Positions 61,483-64,000 of a stretch of 64,000 bases of DNA are shown here, piece by piece. The first letter of the stretch is position 1. The number at the start of each line of letters is the position of its first letter. The stretch is from Azolla caroliniana (taxonomy: Eukaryota > Plantae > Polypodiophyta). The notes below the pieces were generated by a model. That model was not told the origin of the DNA. It worked only from the letters and a program-made list of their open reading frames with translations, and made no database searches. The DNA is taken from contig JBHGNT010000009.1 in assembly GCA_043228905.1 (NCBI GenBank), positions 8,618,001 through 8,682,000 on the forward strand, given 5' to 3'. The translations under genes were made by a program, and so were the position numbers.

Positions 61483-61530
61483 CCTCATTTACAACCTGAA
61501 GGAAGTTTCGGCCAAGCCCGGCGCCAATAA
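61483..61530 (+). CDS. R3H-SUZ protein, probable terminal exon 4
   Basis: Acceptor AACAG, then PHLQPEGSFGQARRQ and TAA. The four exons total 1392 nt, or 463 aa plus stop. Confidence 0.7.
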   Translation, partial: PHLQPEGSFGQARRQ

Positions 61531-64000
61531 GGTGCTGGGCATTGCCTGCCCCTGCTGGCTGACATGCTTTCCGGGGTAAAAACCATCAGATAATGATGGT
61601 TTATGCCATTGTGAACTGTGCCTAATTTGCAAAAACAGCCAGCAGGACCAAGGCAGGCATTTGTACATCGAGGAGCTGAATTTTGAAGACCAATCATCAT
61701 CATTCTTTTTTATCATCATATGCTGTCTTCAACAATCAGTGCAGGTTACTCCTCGGTTTTGATTACTTTGAAATAGCTCCCAACTCTTGTCGCAGTTGAA
61801 AGCTTCAGAAACACTCGAGCTTGTCATTAAACTTTATTGTATCTTCACAAGAAGCATGGTGCGTCTCTCTCTCTCCCCCCCTCCCTCTGATGTTCATTTT
61901 AACACTACATAACGTAGCCAGTATGGACTTGTTATACGTATAATATAGTTTGTTATCTATGCAGGCTGTAGGATTGTTTGCAATATGAAAGAATGATCAA
62001 AGCTTGTTACTCTCTCACATCTTTTGTTCATTTTGAGAAGCCATGATTTGACTTATATATATGGATGGAGATAGGCTTGAATTTAGAGAGAAGATCAATC
62101 AACATTGTGCAATGTCTAAAACGTCTAGTCCTTACGATATGCTCAGAAGGTTGCTAACTTGCTCAAATCTACAGTGTTATTGTATCATTTTTCGATCAAT
62201 ACCTTGTCTGAAAGCTCAACAGTTTGACTTGTGCTTTGTAAAAAATTGCTATCAAGGGAGAACATATTTTATCTATTCGTGGTTAACTAGCTCCAAAGGG
62301 TTTGTCCCTGGTGTGGTTTGTAAAATGTGGGCACACTATTTTTAGTTATTTTGATTTGTAGTCGGGTAGACGTGGATTTTGTACTAAAACTTGATCTGTA
62401 CCAATCGTAATATGATATGTTGGTGGTTTTTATTTTTGTATGGCTAACTGACTGTGAAGGGTTTGTCCCTGACGTAGTTAGTTAAATGTGGCTATACTAG
62501 TTATTTCTATACTAGTTAAATGTAATTGGTGTACTTACCTTGGTCTGTAGCAATCATAATGATATTATTTTGCTCTTTTGACAGGGATTGTTTACAGGGA
62601 TTGTTGTGCTTTTAGCGTACTGTTTTATGTTCTATTGTTAATGTCTGATATGTTTACTACACCCATTTGTTCTAGAATTTTTACATTTGAAATAAAGAGT
62701 TTAACTGGTCCCGTTACGATCTTATTGTTGACGAGAGAGAGCTATGATGTAAGCTATCGAGTATCAAATACTTTGTACCTTCTCCTGTTTATTCCTTTCT
62801 TGCTCATTATTCCCTTATACTGATGGTCATCCTTGGATCCTTGAATTATGTTGATTTTATGTTCTGGTTGAGGTGAAATACATCATTTAAATGCTGATGA
62901 GAATTTGTAAATGAGTAATAAAATGCTCAGAGCTGCTGTGGATTGTTTGATGGTATTTTGATAGGAGACAAACCAACGTTGAATACCTAATGTATACCTC
63001 CTCTAGATACACAAATGCACAAGATTTTAGCAACAGTTTAATCTGATTAATTGAAGATCCTAATATAAGTGACCTCAAATATCAGTCATAACAGTTTTAA
63101 TTATTTTGATTAGAAATATTGAGCCCATATAATTAACACTACAATAAAATTTTAGCCATGGGAGCAAACCCATAAATGTCATTAGAGCCAAGGGAGATAA
63201 TAAAATGCAAATTTTAGCCAAGGGATATAATAAAATGCAAATTTTTATAAAATAAATACAGCCTATAATCAGCACTCATTAGAGGCCTATAATAAGTCTA
63301 GAAGTCAAGTGTATATCTGAGAAATGTTTTCTGGGGTGGAACGGTAGTATGGTGTTTTTAACTGTTGTAAAATCAATCTTTTTTGAAAATTCTGAACTCA
63401 CAACCCTATGCTTGGAAAGAACCTTTTTCTCTATTATTTAAGAGTTTGGAGATCTTTCTTTGTTGATTCTTTGAAGGTGCCTATTTTTCACCTTTGATTT
63501 TATTATATAATCAATTAACATGACTAAAGACATACACCTCATTTCCTATGCCTGTGTGGCCTCACATATGTCAATGATAGTGCATTTAGTTCATTGTGAT
63601 GATTGTAGAAGTTATAAGTATGAAAGAGCAAATTTGCCTTCTCCAACCCCATTAATATATGCATGTTAGTAAGATTGTGGATTTACAAGTTAGTTATCAA
63701 TTAGCTTATTTGTCAATTGATAATGACAAGCTTTCAAAAAACACAATGGCAGTATCATCAATTGCTTCCATACATACATGCATGTTTCCATATGACATCG
63801 AACAAAAGCATTTCCCAAACAGAAGTGTTTCTGAAAACAAGACAGTCGGTTCTCCTTCAGTAATACCCAATCCATTACATACATAAAATGCACAAAATAT
63901 AAATCCATACACATAAAATGTTACAGGTTCTCAGATGGCACAAAAGGTTTTCCCTACCAAATGCATGTTATTCCAAATTTATGAATGAAAAGATAGCAAT

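Noticed and set aside
63180-63247. Direct repeat of about 30 bp downstream of the gene
   Set aside because: A two-copy AT-rich duplication with no supporting structure.

Overview
Plant nuclear DNA, probably from a non-seed plant such as a fern (inferred from the Tcn1-like and non-chromoviral Ty3/gypsy lineages; not proven). Bases 1-54229 are one deeply nested LTR-retrotransposon cluster. Five elements have both LTRs and a target-site duplication (TSD): copia B 7550-17903, gag-only element N 9205-13833, gypsy D 24800-34123, copia E 35484-46588 and near-intact copia F 39476-45023. Two solo LTRs lie at 18951-19472 and 53004-53455. Seven further elements show only their right-hand junction, and together they form a 7-deep stack that closes successively at 148, 1545, 3844, 7240, 21516, 46757 and 54229. 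A four-exon host gene for an R3H-SUZ RNA-binding protein follows (CDS 56853-61530, about 463 aa). The most notable signals are (i) a Tcn1-like element with a Tf1-type self-priming site, a -1 frameshift cassette and a tRNA-shaped module at its LTR edge; (ii) an approximately 900-codon extra ORF in gypsy D; (iii) replacement of D's PBS and leader by a copy of its own host flank; (iv) a gag-only element sharing cis signals with gypsy G; and (v) recurrent hairpins enclosing the PPT and the TATA box in unrelated LTR families. All calls were made by eye, with no database searches.
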